Positions 18,089-26,726 of a stretch of DNA of 64,000 nt are shown here, piece by piece. A model generated the notes under the pieces. The model saw nothing but the letters and a program-made list of their open reading frames with translations, did no database searches and had not been told where the DNA came from. The first letter of the stretch is position 1, and each line of letters opens with the position of its first letter. The position numbers and the translations under genes were made by a program. Origin of the DNA: a virus (taxonomy: Duplodnaviria; Caudoviricetes); the IMG/VR virus record IMGVR_UViG_3300045391_004375, positions 16,816-80,815 of that record; one strand, written 5' to 3'.

Positions 18089-19030
18089 GTGCGCCACGTG
18101 ACTGTCGCTATCCCTACACCAGCGCCCGACCAGCATAGGACTCTCTTCGACGCCCTGAAGAACGAGGACGAGAACGGCGAGTGGTGGTCCGCTCGCGATC
18201 TCATGCCCCTTTATGGTTACGGACGGTGGGACAAGTTCTCCACCATCATAGAGAGAGCTATCACTGCTTGCGGCCGATCTGGCAACAGCGTGAGCAGCAA
18301 TTTCGTTCCTACCAAGTTTGTAGATAAGGCTAGACACCGCAAACCCGACTTCCAGCTTACCCGTTACGCTGCGTATCTAGTTGCCATGGAGGGTGACCCG
18401 TCCAAGACGGAGATCGCTCAGGCCAAAACCTATTTCGCTGTTCAGACTCGTCGGGCCGAGGTGGTACTGGATGGGCTAGACACCGACTTCTCGGTGATGG
18501 TCCAGCAGATCGCCGAAATGCAGCGGCTCCGCAATGATCAGCGGCGGCTCCGCATCGAGCAGGACGCCCAACGGGACCGACTCGATCACCATGGACGCCA
18601 GATCAACGAGACCCGCGCCCAGGTCGAAGAGGCGCAGCAGGCCTTGGACGATGCAAGGCAGGCCTTGGTGGTCACCCAGCGCGAGGCCGAACGAGTCAAG
18701 CGTGAGATGGCTGACCTGGTCGAACGCCTCAGCGATGTTGAGCACACCACGCCACTGAAGGACAACACCAGGCTGCACAGCATGAAAGAGGCTGCGCAGC
18801 TTCTCGAATACGGCCAGAACGACTTCCACAAGCTGTGTCGGGATCTTGGTGTCATCTATCCGGACCCTGAGGGTGGCTACAAGATCTATCAGCGGTACAT
18901 GAACGAGGGGTGGGGCGAGGCCCGCTGGCTGGAGTGGCCCAACGGCAAGGGGCACTCCTGGGTGGTCAGGCTGACCGGTAAGGGAATCATCAAGATCAAG
19001 CGCATGATCGAAGAGGGTCGACTCTTTTGA
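18089..19030 (+). CDS. phage antirepressor (DinD/Bro-N N-terminus, KilAC C-terminus)
   Basis: WSARDL..LTRYAAYLVAMEGDPSK.EIA.AK.YFA.QTR; C-terminal PYQ-like KIYQRY..VRLTGKG. Confidence 0.85.
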   Translation: MRHVTVAIPTPAPDQHRTLFDALKNEDENGEWWSARDLMPLYGYGRWDKFSTIIERAITACGRSGNSVSSNFVPTKFVDKARHRKPDFQLTRYAAYLVAMEGDPSKTEIAQAKTYFAVQTRRAEVVLDGLDTDFSVMVQQIAEMQRLRNDQRRLRIEQDAQRDRLDHHGRQINETRAQVEEAQQALDDARQALVVTQREAERVKREMADLVERLSDVEHTTPLKDNTRLHSMKEAAQLLEYGQNDFHKLCRDLGVIYPDPEGGYKIYQRYMNEGWGEARWLEWPNGKGHSWVVRLTGKGIIKIKRMIEEGRLF

Positions 19031-19782
19031 CGTCCGTCAAAGCGGCCCCCCGGGTCCAGATCGGGGCGTCCGACGGCCGGTGGCTCGCCGCCGCCGGCAA
19101 AGGCCACGACGCCCGGCCGGGCCAGGCCTACCCGTGCCGGTGCGACGAAGACGACCCCAACCCGCCCGCCTGGGCGAAAGGCGCACTGCCGGTGTGCCGG
19201 CCCTGGCAGCTCACCAAAGGCCCCCGTACCGGCCAGTGGTCCAGCAAATGCCCCTGCTGGGGCCAGGAGATCGACCCGGCCACCCCTGAAGCCTGCTGTC
19301 GTCGGCACGAAGGCAATCCGTGGTACGGGCCGCGCTGGAGCCCCCTCACCCGGGCCGCCGGGGTCGTCCGCGACCCGGACACCGGCGCCGAGGTGGCCGC
19401 CGAACCAGCCGAGCTGATCGAGCCGATCGACACCCCCGTAGTGGTCGGCCCGGACATCGTCGACCTGCCGGACCACGACGTCGACCCCCGCTACGTGCAG
19501 CCGAAGCCGTATGTGCGCCGCTGGACGCACGACGAACTGCACTGCGGCTGCCCCACCCCGTGGGACGGCATCCCCACCGGCGGCGGCAAGACCGGCAAGA
19601 CCTCGAACGTGGGCCACCATTGCACGAACTGCCACCAGAACTTCCGCAACACCCAGGTCGCGCAGTTGCACCAGCGGTGGGTGACCGACCGGTGCAAGCC
19701 GGCTGAGTCCATTGTGGACTGTGATACGGGGGTGCCGCTGCTGCGGCCGGGCGTGGTGGCTGGCCTGGTCGTGTGGGGCTGA
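19027..19782 (+). CDS. Cys-rich (Zn-binding) phage protein
   Basis: Several Cys clusters including HCGC..W..HCTNCHQNF. Confidence 0.6.
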   Translation: MTSVKAAPRVQIGASDGRWLAAAGKGHDARPGQAYPCRCDEDDPNPPAWAKGALPVCRPWQLTKGPRTGQWSSKCPCWGQEIDPATPEACCRRHEGNPWYGPRWSPLTRAAGVVRDPDTGAEVAAEPAELIEPIDTPVVVGPDIVDLPDHDVDPRYVQPKPYVRRWTHDELHCGCPTPWDGIPTGGGKTGKTSNVGHHCTNCHQNFRNTQVAQLHQRWVTDRCKPAESIVDCDTGVPLLRPGVVAGLVVWG

Positions 19783-19967
19783 GTGTCCGGTATGCTGGTC
19801 GTGCCGAATCCACCACCACCCTCGGAGTGATCATGATTTTCGTCGGCTTCGTGCTGATCGCGATCTCATTCCTGTGCACCTGGCTTGGCCAGCCGCTTTG
19901 GGTCATCGTTGGCTGCGCTGCCCTGGGTCTCCTGCTGATCTGCCTGCGCGTCATTGCGCGTCGCTGA
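19773..19967 (+). CDS. small 2-TM protein
   Basis: Hydrophobic ORF; start uncertain. Confidence 0.5.
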   Translation: MGLSVRYAGRAESTTTLGVIMIFVGFVLIAISFLCTWLGQPLWVIVGCAALGLLLICLRVIARR

Positions 19968-20014
19968 CCCATCCCGGAATCGGACACTGGGGACGGTGTG
20001 CTAGACTGTCGCCC

Positions 20015-20299
20015 ATGGCATCCGACAACGCGCAGCGAGCCGCACTCCAGCGCCTACAGCATGCCGGTGACGAACAGCTCCTCACCCCCACCGACGTGGC
20101 GGCAGTCTTCCGGGTCGACCCGAAGACCGTCACCCGGTGGGGCGCCGCCGGCAAGCTCCCCTGCATCAAGACCCCCGGCGGACACCGCCGGTTCCGGGTC
20201 GCCGACATCCGGGCCGCCCTCCAGGAAGACGGATCCGGTACGACCGGCTCAACTGCGACCGGCTCAACACCCACCACGCCCACCACGCCCAGGAGCTGA
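20015..20299 (+). CDS. bldC: BldC-like MerR/Xis-type HTH regulator
   Basis: LLTPTDVAAVFRVDPKTVTRWGAAGKLPCIKTPGGHRRF closely matches the BldC consensus. Confidence 0.85.
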   Translation: MASDNAQRAALQRLQHAGDEQLLTPTDVAAVFRVDPKTVTRWGAAGKLPCIKTPGGHRRFRVADIRAALQEDGSGTTGSTATGSTPTTPTTPRS

Positions 20300-20304
20300 C
20301 TACG

Positions 20305-21210
20305 ATGGCCACCACACACAAGAAGGCGCCCAGCAGCCGGGCGAAAGCCGTTGACCGGGCCCAGCCGCCCGCCGAATATCTGGAGTACGACGGGGTCACC
20401 GTCTCGATCGTGCTGGTCGACCCGGAGACCGCCCAGGACTGGCTGGACTTCAACCGGGACAACCGCCACGACCGGGACGCCAACGTCGAGGCGTTCGCCC
20501 GGGACATGGCCGCCGGCCGGTGGAACTGGCAGGCCGACCCGATCCGGTTCTCCAAGACCGATCGGCTCCTCGACGGCCAGCACCGCCTGAAAGGCATCAT
20601 CAAGTCCGGCACCACCCAGCCGGTCCTGCTGGTGGAGGGCCTGGACGACCCCACCCAGGACACGATGGACACCGGCGCGCCCCGCCGGTTCGCCGACGTG
20701 CTGCGCATCCACGGCGAGTCCAACACCAACCTGCTCAGTGCGGTGGTTCGCCGGCTGTGGCTGTTGGAGCGGGGCCTGCCCGGGGACAGCTCGACCAAGG
20801 CGAAGCTGACCCACGCCGAGCAGGCCGAGTTCCTCGACGCGCACCCGCTGATCCGCGATGCCGCCGAAGTGGCGCTACTGGCCCGTCGCGCCCGACTGCA
20901 GATCGCGTCCAGCGTGATCGGGGCGGCCTGGTACGTGTGCGCCGAACGGTCCCGGCCGGCGGCCGACGACTTCTTCATCGAGCGGCTGATCAACAAGGTG
21001 GGTCGGGAGGCCGGTGACGCGGCCACCCTGCTGGAGCGCAAGTTCAACATCGAGCACTCCGACGAGCTGCGCCGCAACATCGACCCGGAGGCCGGGTTCC
21101 GGTACACCATCCACGCGTGGAACCTGTACCGGCAGGGCCGCACCGGCATGACGAAGTTCCAGGGCCCGAAAGGTGGCTGGCCGCCGATCACCGAGATGAA
21201 GGTGCTGTAG
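20305..21210 (+). CDS. ParB-like N-terminal domain protein
   Basis: FARDM..GRW..DPIRF..LLDGQHRL. Confidence 0.75.
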   Translation: MATTHKKAPSSRAKAVDRAQPPAEYLEYDGVTVSIVLVDPETAQDWLDFNRDNRHDRDANVEAFARDMAAGRWNWQADPIRFSKTDRLLDGQHRLKGIIKSGTTQPVLLVEGLDDPTQDTMDTGAPRRFADVLRIHGESNTNLLSAVVRRLWLLERGLPGDSSTKAKLTHAEQAEFLDAHPLIRDAAEVALLARRARLQIASSVIGAAWYVCAERSRPAADDFFIERLINKVGREAGDAATLLERKFNIEHSDELRRNIDPEAGFRYTIHAWNLYRQGRTGMTKFQGPKGGWPPITEMKVL

Positions 21211-21297
21211 CCCGCCACCCACGGCCCGGATACCCTCGACGGCGCGGCCCGCTCCCCCAACCGGGCGGGCCGCGCCTGCCACGTAAGGAGCCACCAC

Positions 21298-21870
21298 ATG
21301 CCGACCACATACCAGCTTGACCTGCTCGACGCCGACCGCGAGCAGCACGCCCGGGAGTTCCGCGAGCGCACGCGAGACATGCTCACGTTCCGACTGCTCG
21401 TCACTGGGTGGCGTGGCTGGCCGGAAGGCGACGCCCGGTATGTGACCGACGCAGTCCGGGAGGCGCTCGACCCGTACCGGCTGCCGCTGGTATCCCGGCG
21501 GATCGTCGTGCACGGCGCTTGTCCCACCGGTGTCGATGCGATCGTGGACCGGTGGCTGCGCGACCGACCCATTCTGGGTGTCGAGCTGGAACGGCACCCC
21601 GCCAACTGGTCGCGCAACGGCCGGGCCGCCGGCCCGATCCGCAACACCGAAATGGTCAACCTGGGCGCCGACATGTGCCTGGCGTTCCCCGGCCCGGTCG
21701 AGCCGGGCGCCAAGCACCGCTTCGGCACCCGCGACTGCCTCGGCAAGGCCATCGACGCCGGCATCCCCTGCCGGGTGTCCCCCTACGGCTGGTGGAACGG
21801 CCCGAAGGTGAAGACCGAGCCCACCGACGCCATCGACCGCACCACCAACCGAAAGGACGTGGCGGCATGA
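21298..21870 (+). CDS. SLOG family protein (DUF2493/YspA-like)
   Basis: LLVTGWRGW..VVHGAC.TGVD..HPANW..AAGPIRN.EM..LAFP..GT. Confidence 0.85.
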   Translation: MPTTYQLDLLDADREQHAREFRERTRDMLTFRLLVTGWRGWPEGDARYVTDAVREALDPYRLPLVSRRIVVHGACPTGVDAIVDRWLRDRPILGVELERHPANWSRNGRAAGPIRNTEMVNLGADMCLAFPGPVEPGAKHRFGTRDCLGKAIDAGIPCRVSPYGWWNGPKVKTEPTDAIDRTTNRKDVAA

Positions 21871-22160
21871 CGCTGCACGCGGCGCGACCCATCTGCTACA
21901 TCTGGGAGCACGACAACGGACAGGCCAGCATCGACGAGCTGAACCAGTTCATGGAAGACCTCGGCCAGCTGGCCCGGGTCGGGGCCGACGACAGCGGCGG
22001 CTTCCGGGTCACCAACAACGTCGAGACGTGGCCGCTGGAGGATCTGCACACGCAGGACGCCGGCACTGTGCTGGTCGTGTACGTCGACCCGGGCCAGAAC
22101 ACGGCGTGGCTGCGCCCGGTGGCCACCCTGGAGGAGGCCCAGCTGCAGGTCGAGTCGTAA
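21867..22160 (+). CDS. hypothetical protein (paralog of 22262-22549)
   Basis: AAGGA RBS; ATGA overlap. Confidence 0.65.
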   Translation: MTLHAARPICYIWEHDNGQASIDELNQFMEDLGQLARVGADDSGGFRVTNNVETWPLEDLHTQDAGTVLVVYVDPGQNTAWLRPVATLEEAQLQVES

Positions 22161-22177
22161 CCGCACGTGGACAGCAG

Positions 22178-22208
22178 AAAGGGCCGAGGTAAGCCCCCTC
22201 GGCCCTTT
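22178..22208. terminator. bidirectional intrinsic terminator
   Basis: AAAGGGCCGAGG/CCTCGGCCCTTT between convergent genes. Confidence 0.75.
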
Positions 22209-22261
22209 CCTTGTCCCGGCCCTGTCGAAGCACGGAAGGAGTGCGTCAACAGTAGCACGGA

Positions 22262-22549
22262 CTAGATGTCGTAGAGCTGTCGCACCGCCTCGATGTCGGT
22301 GACGTCCGCTTCGATCCGCCAGCCACTCATGGTGGGCGCGATGAGGAGCATGACCCCAGCGGTCTGCTCCGGTGCACCGCCGAGCGGCCAGAGGCTGGTG
22401 TCGCCGGTGAACTTGTAGTGATCGCCGTCCACGTACTCGGCCGCCCCAGGCCCGGTGGCCAGTAGGGCGTTGAGTTCGTCGATGGATTCCTGGGTGCCGT
22501 CGAAGCGGAACAGCACCGGCGACTTCGGGGTGAGGGTAGTGAGACTCAT
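22262..22549 (-). CDS. hypothetical protein (paralog of 21867-22160)
   Basis: GC3-biased reverse ORF. Confidence 0.65.
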   Translation of the reverse strand: MSLTTLTPKSPVLFRFDGTQESIDELNALLATGPGAAEYVDGDHYKFTGDTSLWPLGGAPEQTAGVMLLIAPTMSGWRIEADVTDIEAVRQLYDI

Positions 22550-22639
22550 GGATGGAATCCTACCCGGCCCCGGCCGCTATGTCACCCAACGTGATAGGAT
22601 ACGGTCATCCGTCCCCACCACTACGGAGAGCGAGAAACC

Positions 22640-22975
22640 ATGATCTACTCCCAGCTCCGGGCGACCGTCCACGCCGTCACCCGGGCGACCGCCCGTGCCC
22701 GCGCGGCCCTGCCCGTGCTGCCGCTGCTGGCCCTGACCGCCCTGTCCGGATGCTCCGGCGCGTCCACCGGCAAGCCCAACAGCCAGGCCGCCCAGGGCTA
22801 CGCCGAACAGTTCCAGGCCTGGGTGCTGGCCAACCCGCACCTGGTGGCCGCCCTCGTCGTGACCATCATCGTGCTGGCCATCCTGGCCTGGGCCTGGAAG
22901 AGTTGGCCGGTGCGGATCATCGGGATTGCGATCATCGTCGCGGTCATCGCCTACACGGCCGGCACCCACCACTGA
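22640..22975 (+). CDS. membrane or lipoprotein-like protein
   Basis: LSGC lipobox-like motif plus two TM helices. Confidence 0.6.
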   Translation: MIYSQLRATVHAVTRATARARAALPVLPLLALTALSGCSGASTGKPNSQAAQGYAEQFQAWVLANPHLVAALVVTIIVLAILAWAWKSWPVRIIGIAIIVAVIAYTAGTHH

Positions 22976-22980
22976 CCACG

Positions 22981-23139
22981 ATGGTTTCCTACCTGACCGG
23001 CTTGGCCGTGGTCTGTGTCAGCGCCCTCGTCTTCGGACTGTGGCGCCGGGCCAGCCCCGGCCAGATGGTCGCCCTGTGCGTAGTCATGGGATGCGTGTAC
23101 ACCGTCATCGAGTTCTACCTGACGCTGCACCCGGCATAG
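22981..23139 (+). CDS. small 2-TM protein
   Basis: MVSYLTGLAVVCVSALVF.. Confidence 0.55.
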   Translation: MVSYLTGLAVVCVSALVFGLWRRASPGQMVALCVVMGCVYTVIEFYLTLHPA

Positions 23140-23229
23140 CCGGTCCGCGACCCCTTCCGTGCCACCGCGTCGCACCCTACGCTCCGAGGCAACCATCGCA
23201 TACACCACAGCCAATCCCCGGAGCGCGCC

Positions 23230-23334
23230 ATGGACGGCACTGTCTGCTTCATCCTGTTCATCGTGGCGGTCGTGGCCAGTCTGGCCACGATCAGCTTCGC
23301 CTTGAAGCGCTGGACCCAGGGCAAAGGCGACTGA
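23230..23334 (+). CDS. tiny 1-TM protein (34 aa)
   Basis: GGAG RBS; hydrophobic. Confidence 0.45.
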   Translation: MDGTVCFILFIVAVVASLATISFALKRWTQGKGD

Positions 23335-23400
23335 GACGCTGACCACGGCCCGGCCCGCGTATGCTGGCCGGGCCGGATCCCTCGACGGAAGGCCACCACC

Positions 23401-23859
23401 ATGACCGACCCCACCACCCCCGAACGCGCACCGGAACCCACCCCCGAGCCGTCGTCGGACGTCTCGGGGTGGCCGTTTCCGACCGCCCCGAACATCACCT
23501 TCCCGGACGACCTGGACCCCGCCATGGTCAGCCGGACCTGCGCGGAGAACGACACCCTGCTGGCCGAGCTGGGCGCGATGGGCATCCGGGTCAACCTCTC
23601 CGACCTGATCATGTCGCGGCTGTTCCTGCTCACCGAATGGCTGCTGGGCAGGGCCGACGACTGCGACCGGCAGCGCTTCGAGTACCACCTGGCGATGATC
23701 GTCCAGGAGCAGTTGCTGCGGGTCCGCGACCAGGCGCCCGGCCACATCGAGAAGGTGCAGGCCGAGGCCCGCCGGGCCGCCCTGCTGGACGGTGTACAGC
23801 TGCGGGCCACCCCCAACGGCGCCACCGTGCCGGTCGACGGCCGGCGGGGGCCGCAGTGA
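23401..23859 (+). CDS. hypothetical protein
   Basis: GC3-biased ORF. Confidence 0.65.
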   Translation: MTDPTTPERAPEPTPEPSSDVSGWPFPTAPNITFPDDLDPAMVSRTCAENDTLLAELGAMGIRVNLSDLIMSRLFLLTEWLLGRADDCDRQRFEYHLAMIVQEQLLRVRDQAPGHIEKVQAEARRAALLDGVQLRATPNGATVPVDGRRGPQ

Positions 23860-24293
23860 CCGCCCCAGGACAGACCACCCCAGGACAGCCGGAGCGGCTG
23901 GCGACCGGGTCCCCCCCGCTGCTGACCCCCGCCGAGCTGGCGGCGTGGTCCCTGACGGCTGCCGTGGAGGCCCTGGACGGCGCCCAGGCTGCCGAGCGGG
24001 CCACACTCAGCAACGGCGGTCTGGCCATCCCCCCGGGCGAGATGGGCATGGCCAACGGCATGCAGTTGGCCGGCCACCAGATTCCCCAGATCAAGGCGCA
24101 CCTGGAGGCGGCGGCCCGGATCGAGGCGTTGATCTCGATCGCGGCCGGTTTCCAGGTGCTCAACGACCAGCTTGTGGCGCTGGGCGAGCAGTTCGCCAGC
24201 GCCGCCCAGGTGTGGGCCGACCTGGCCGCCACGCTGCGCGCGGACCGGAACGACCGGGCCACCGCACGGGCGTACGACCGGGGACACGGATGA
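23856..24293 (+). CDS. hypothetical helical protein
   Basis: GTGA/ATGA overlaps. Confidence 0.6.
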   Translation: MTAPGQTTPGQPERLATGSPPLLTPAELAAWSLTAAVEALDGAQAAERATLSNGGLAIPPGEMGMANGMQLAGHQIPQIKAHLEAAARIEALISIAAGFQVLNDQLVALGEQFASAAQVWADLAATLRADRNDRATARAYDRGHG

Positions 24294-24727
24294 TCACTAT
24301 CACGCCCCGGGCGTTGGCGATGGTCCGCAGGGAAGCCCTGGCTGCGAGGCCGGCCGAGTGCTGCGGGGTGCTCTGCGCCCCCCGGGAGCAGCCCGACGAC
24401 ATCGCGGGCATCTGGCATTTGGAGAACGTGGCGGACAACCCGGAGTCCCGCTTCGAGACGCGCCCGGACGACCTGCTGTCGACGTGGCAGGCGATCGAGA
24501 ACTACGGCCGGGTGGTGCGGGTGGTGTTCCACTCGCACGTACACGCCGGCCCGGAGCTGTCCCAGACCGACCTCAAGATGGCCCCGCCGGACGCCGAGCT
24601 GCTACACCTGGTGTACTCGGTCCGGGACGACCGGTTCGGCCTGTGGCGGGTCGCCGACGGGGCCGCCGAGCAGGTGGAATACAAGATCGACTGCCAGGAG
24701 TGTGGTTTCCTGTCACCCAGGACTTGA
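24290..24727 (+). CDS. JAB/MPN (JAMM, M67/Mec-like) metallopeptidase
   Basis: ECCG(V)L N-terminal Glu and HSH..ELS.TD JAMM motif. Confidence 0.9.
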   Translation: MITITPRALAMVRREALAARPAECCGVLCAPREQPDDIAGIWHLENVADNPESRFETRPDDLLSTWQAIENYGRVVRVVFHSHVHAGPELSQTDLKMAPPDAELLHLVYSVRDDRFGLWRVADGAAEQVEYKIDCQECGFLSPRT

Positions 24728-24752
24728 CAAGCCAGTTGGCAGGAGGTAGTGT
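24724..24752 (+). promoter_or_regulatory. promoter with operator-like site driving the RNA locus
   Basis: TTGACA-17 nt-TAGTGT; TTGACAAGCCAGTTGGCAG. Confidence 0.75.
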
Positions 24753-25485
24753 TTTCCTTGTTCGGCAGCGAGGCCCGCAGGGATCCGGCCAGAGTGCTGG
24801 GGAGCAGGCCGAACCGCAGGACGCAGAGCCCAGAGCAAGCCCAGCACCACCAGGACCCGGAACCACCACGCCGGCCACGGCCGAGCACATGAGCACGACT
24901 TGAGAATTCCACAGCTTCACCACGACGGGCATTGACTCGCTTCGCTGATTGACCGCGTCTCGGCGATATGCGACCCGCCCGTCCGCCCCGTCCGGGATCC
25001 GGCCCGGCATCCGTCCGATCGAGCGGACGGCGGGGTGCGCAACGGCCACGCCAAACCCTGCACCTTCTAGGGAAACAGTGGCAAGTGGGGCTTGACTTGT
25101 CGCCCTGCGCAGCAAGGAAGCAAGGCAACGGCACCAAAGGCCACGGTGTCGGTCCAGCGATTCAGTGATCGACCTGCAAGCGACGACTAGTCGGGTGTGA
25201 GTCCCGACCTCCCAGGGCTACCTCAGCACGATCGAGGGTTAACGGGCGCGTGGACGAGAGTTGAGGTGTAAGCCGGGTGCGACTCCCGGGCTGGATGCTC
25301 CAGGGGCCCCGAGTATGGGGGGCCCACAGCACAACGGATGGAAGTACCAGGGCGACGACCGCGACGGCGGCCGAAAGCAAGGAGCGCCTAGTCCAAGACC
25401 ACCGGCCGGCCGGCGGTAGGTCAGGGGCGAAATCCGACAGCAGCGGTGCAGCCGTCGGGCGTGGGCTTCCATCCGGCACCACCAT

Positions 25486-25569
25486 TCCTCGATCGCGCTG
25501 TGCAGCGCGTGGCAGGGGCCTCGGACTCCGCGCGGAGCGAGGCTCGCGGTTCGATTCCGCATCGGGGAG
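25486..25569 (+). ncRNA. tRNA-like module lacking a normal anticodon loop
   Basis: TCCTCGAT/ATCGGGGA acceptor, GCGG-TTCGATT-CCGC T arm, D-like hairpin; central arm GCCTCG/CGAGGC capped by an inner hairpin. Confidence 0.5.
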
Positions 25570-25612
25570 CGTCAATAGGCACGGCGGTTCGCACCCGCAC
25601 GGCCGGCAAGAC

Positions 25613-25711
25613 ACCCTGATCACAGAGGTCTGTGCGGGATCCACGACTGGCGGAGGCGTCCGTTTCAGAATCGGAGACCGGCGTCGGGAGGTTCGAGTCC
25701 TCCCCAGGGAG
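25613..25711 (+). tRNA. aberrant tRNA-Leu(CAG)-like
   Basis: CCCTG/CAGGG acceptor core, TCCG/CGGA arm with TTCAGAA loop, GAC/GTC variable arm, GGAGG-TTCGAGT-CCTCC T arm; extra CACAG/CTGTG hairpin after the acceptor. Confidence 0.45.
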
Positions 25712-25877
25712 CGAAGCGCGGCGGGCCTGACTGGGCCTCCGGCCTGCTGCGCTGCACGTCCCGCCAGGGACGGTCCCCCTTCCCGATGGGTTTCGGGGGA
25801 GCCGACTTCGATGTCGGACGGGGCACGACGACGACGGACCTTGGTCCGGGGCAACCTGGACGCCTGGTGAAGTCGAT

Positions 25878-25921
25878 CTGACGGCAGGGAACAGACCGCT
25901 GACGGCAGGGAACAGACCGCT
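25878..25921. repeat. 21-bp perfect tandem duplication
   Basis: CTGACGGCAGGGAACAGACCG at 25878 and 25899. Confidence 0.9.
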
Positions 25922-26595
25922 ACCTTTTCCGGTTTCGCGAGGTAAATCGGACGAGGGGCACTCCTCCCCCCGTGAGAACAGGGAGGTCGGCCACGGACAC
26001 GGTGGTGGGGATCCCGATCCCCGGGATGTGTAGCGCGCACGGACCATATTGGGGGAACCGGATGGCGATAACCGCAGCGTACGGGCGGTAGGTCGCGCGG
26101 GAGCGAGACCCGATCCGGTTGCGGAGGGGGCGGCGAATACACCGACCGGCAGGCATACCGGGAGGTGCGCGGCAATGCCACCGCGTCCTGGCCTATCGGG
26201 TCGGGAGCAAGCCGCCCTGCTCGAAGACTTGTCCGTAGGCTCTCCACAGCAGAGCGAACGGAACGCCCTCCCCACGGCGTAGGTGGGGCCCGACCCCGGG
26301 GCAGATGGGGCAGGTCGGCAGCCGGCCGGGACCTGCGGAAGCGTCGCTGTGCACGGTGGCGTGGAAGGCATACGCGGGCAAGGCTCGGGACTCGCTGCGG
26401 GAATTCCCGGGCCACGGCACAACGAGGCGCCTACGAACCGCCGGGTGCGGCGGGAGTCGCAGAATGGCGTACCGCAGGGCACACAAAGCGTGAGGCCCTG
26501 ACCGGGCCGAGCTGGCGGCGGGCGACTGCCCACCAGCAGGAGCCGCGCCGGGCGGCAGCTTCAAGCAGCGTGTACCTGTGCGCACCCGGCACCCG

Positions 26596-26715
26596 GGGTT
26601 GGTAGCTCAACCGGTAGGGCGCAGGACTTGGCCGGCTGCATAGCAAAGGGTCCTGGCAAGGGTCGCGGAATCCTAGGTTCCGCATGCCATGGAGGTTCGA
26701 GGCCTCCCCACCCCA
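26596..26715 (+). tRNA. 120-nt tRNA-like RNA with a 24-nt anticodon loop and 35-nt variable region
   Basis: TAGCTCAACCGGTAGGGC D arm, CAGGA/TCCTG stem, GGAGG-TTCGAGG-CCTCC T arm, GGGTTGG/CCACCCC acceptor; anticodon ambiguous. Confidence 0.55.
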
Positions 26716-26726
26716 CAAACCCCCTG

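Noticed and set aside
25613-25711. Selenocysteine tRNA (UCA) reading of the module
   Set aside because: Placing TCA at the loop centre breaks the stem; the CAG register pairs better and the variable arm is short.
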